Part shown: positions 63,508 to 64,000 of the stretch, in pieces | Layout of the letters: each line of letters begins with the position of its first letter | How positions within the stretch are numbered: the first letter of the stretch is position 1 | DNA from: an uncultured Gemmatimonadales bacterium | GTDB lineage: Bacteria > Gemmatimonadota > Gemmatimonadetes > Longimicrobiales > RSA9 | Reading direction: 5' to 3' | Length of the DNA stretch: 64,000 nt | Assembly (NCBI GenBank): GCA_963798085.1 | Contig: CAWCRS010000008.1 | Coordinates: forward strand, 64,001-128,000 | The notes under the pieces: generated by a model | The model's input: the letters and a program-made list of their open reading frames with translations, nothing else | What the model was told of the DNA's origin: nothing | Database searches by the model: none | Made by a program: the position numbers and the translations under genes

Positions 63508-63690
63508 TCCTCGGACAGCAGGCTCTCCCGCGACTCACCGCGTCCGGCTTAATGTCAAGAATGGCCGCACGTCACAACCACGCTGATGTGCGAGAAGATC
63601 CGGAGGCCGCCGGCATCGGGTGGCTGAGTTGCAACGCGGTCCGGAGCCGACATCACTCCGGACCGCCTCTCGCGCGACTGCGTGTATGCT

Positions 63691-63993
63691 TCAGGAAGTG
63701 GACGCGGGACCCGAGGCCGGCTCTTCGTCGCGTACGATGCGATCGATCTCGGATTGCTTCTGCTTCATCTGCTCTTCGATGGCGTGCACCTGATCGCATG
63801 CGGCGGCCAGCTCTGCCGGCGCCTTGCCCGCGGCGTGAAGCGCGATCACGCGCTCGCCGATATCGTGCAGCAGGTCGGTCCGGCGTCGATTGAGCCCACT
63901 GATCTCCATGCGCAGGCGGGTGGTCTGCGCCAGGTCGCTCGCCTCGTCCTTGGCCTTCTCCAGCCCCGATTTGATCTTGTCCATGAGGCCCAT
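63691..63993 (-). CDS. Hypothetical coiled-coil protein
   Basis: MGLMDKIKSGLEKAKDEASDLAQTTRLRMEI..DIGERV; helical and charged. Confidence 0.75.
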   Translation of the reverse strand: MGLMDKIKSGLEKAKDEASDLAQTTRLRMEISGLNRRRTDLLHDIGERVIALHAAGKAPAELAAACDQVHAIEEQMKQKQSEIDRIVRDEEPASGPASTS

Positions 63994-64000
63994 GGGTGGT

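Overview
High-GC, gene-dense bacterial chromosomal window. Gene content (ADOP-type orphan ABC permeases, carboxypeptidase-regulatory/TonB-plug proteins, LytTR pairs, ECF/FecR/TBDR) suggests Gemmatimonadota or a similar lineage; this is inference only. It carries about 50 CDS, and I found no rRNA, tRNA or CRISPR. About a dozen genes are broken by single-base indels that look like long-read consensus errors. Most notable: (1) two paralogous ~100-aa secreted two-Cys beta-hairpin proteins (one hidden by a frameshift) followed by a beta-propeller lipoprotein and a DsbA-like oxidoreductase (60.4-63.5 kb); (2) two related ~450-480 bp non-coding elements bounded by long inverted repeats (17.7 and 52.7 kb), plus a separate dispersed REP-like repeat family; (3) a RAYT-like Y1 transposase framed by a perfect 22-bp inverted repeat; (4) a TIR-TM-2xIg-like receptor-style protein; (5) an ECF sigma locus with a duplicated GGGTA-N10-TGACGTGTCC motif linking FecR/TBDR to a lipoprotein/cytochrome-b-like/Rieske operon. 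All product calls come from motif recognition by eye; no searches were run.
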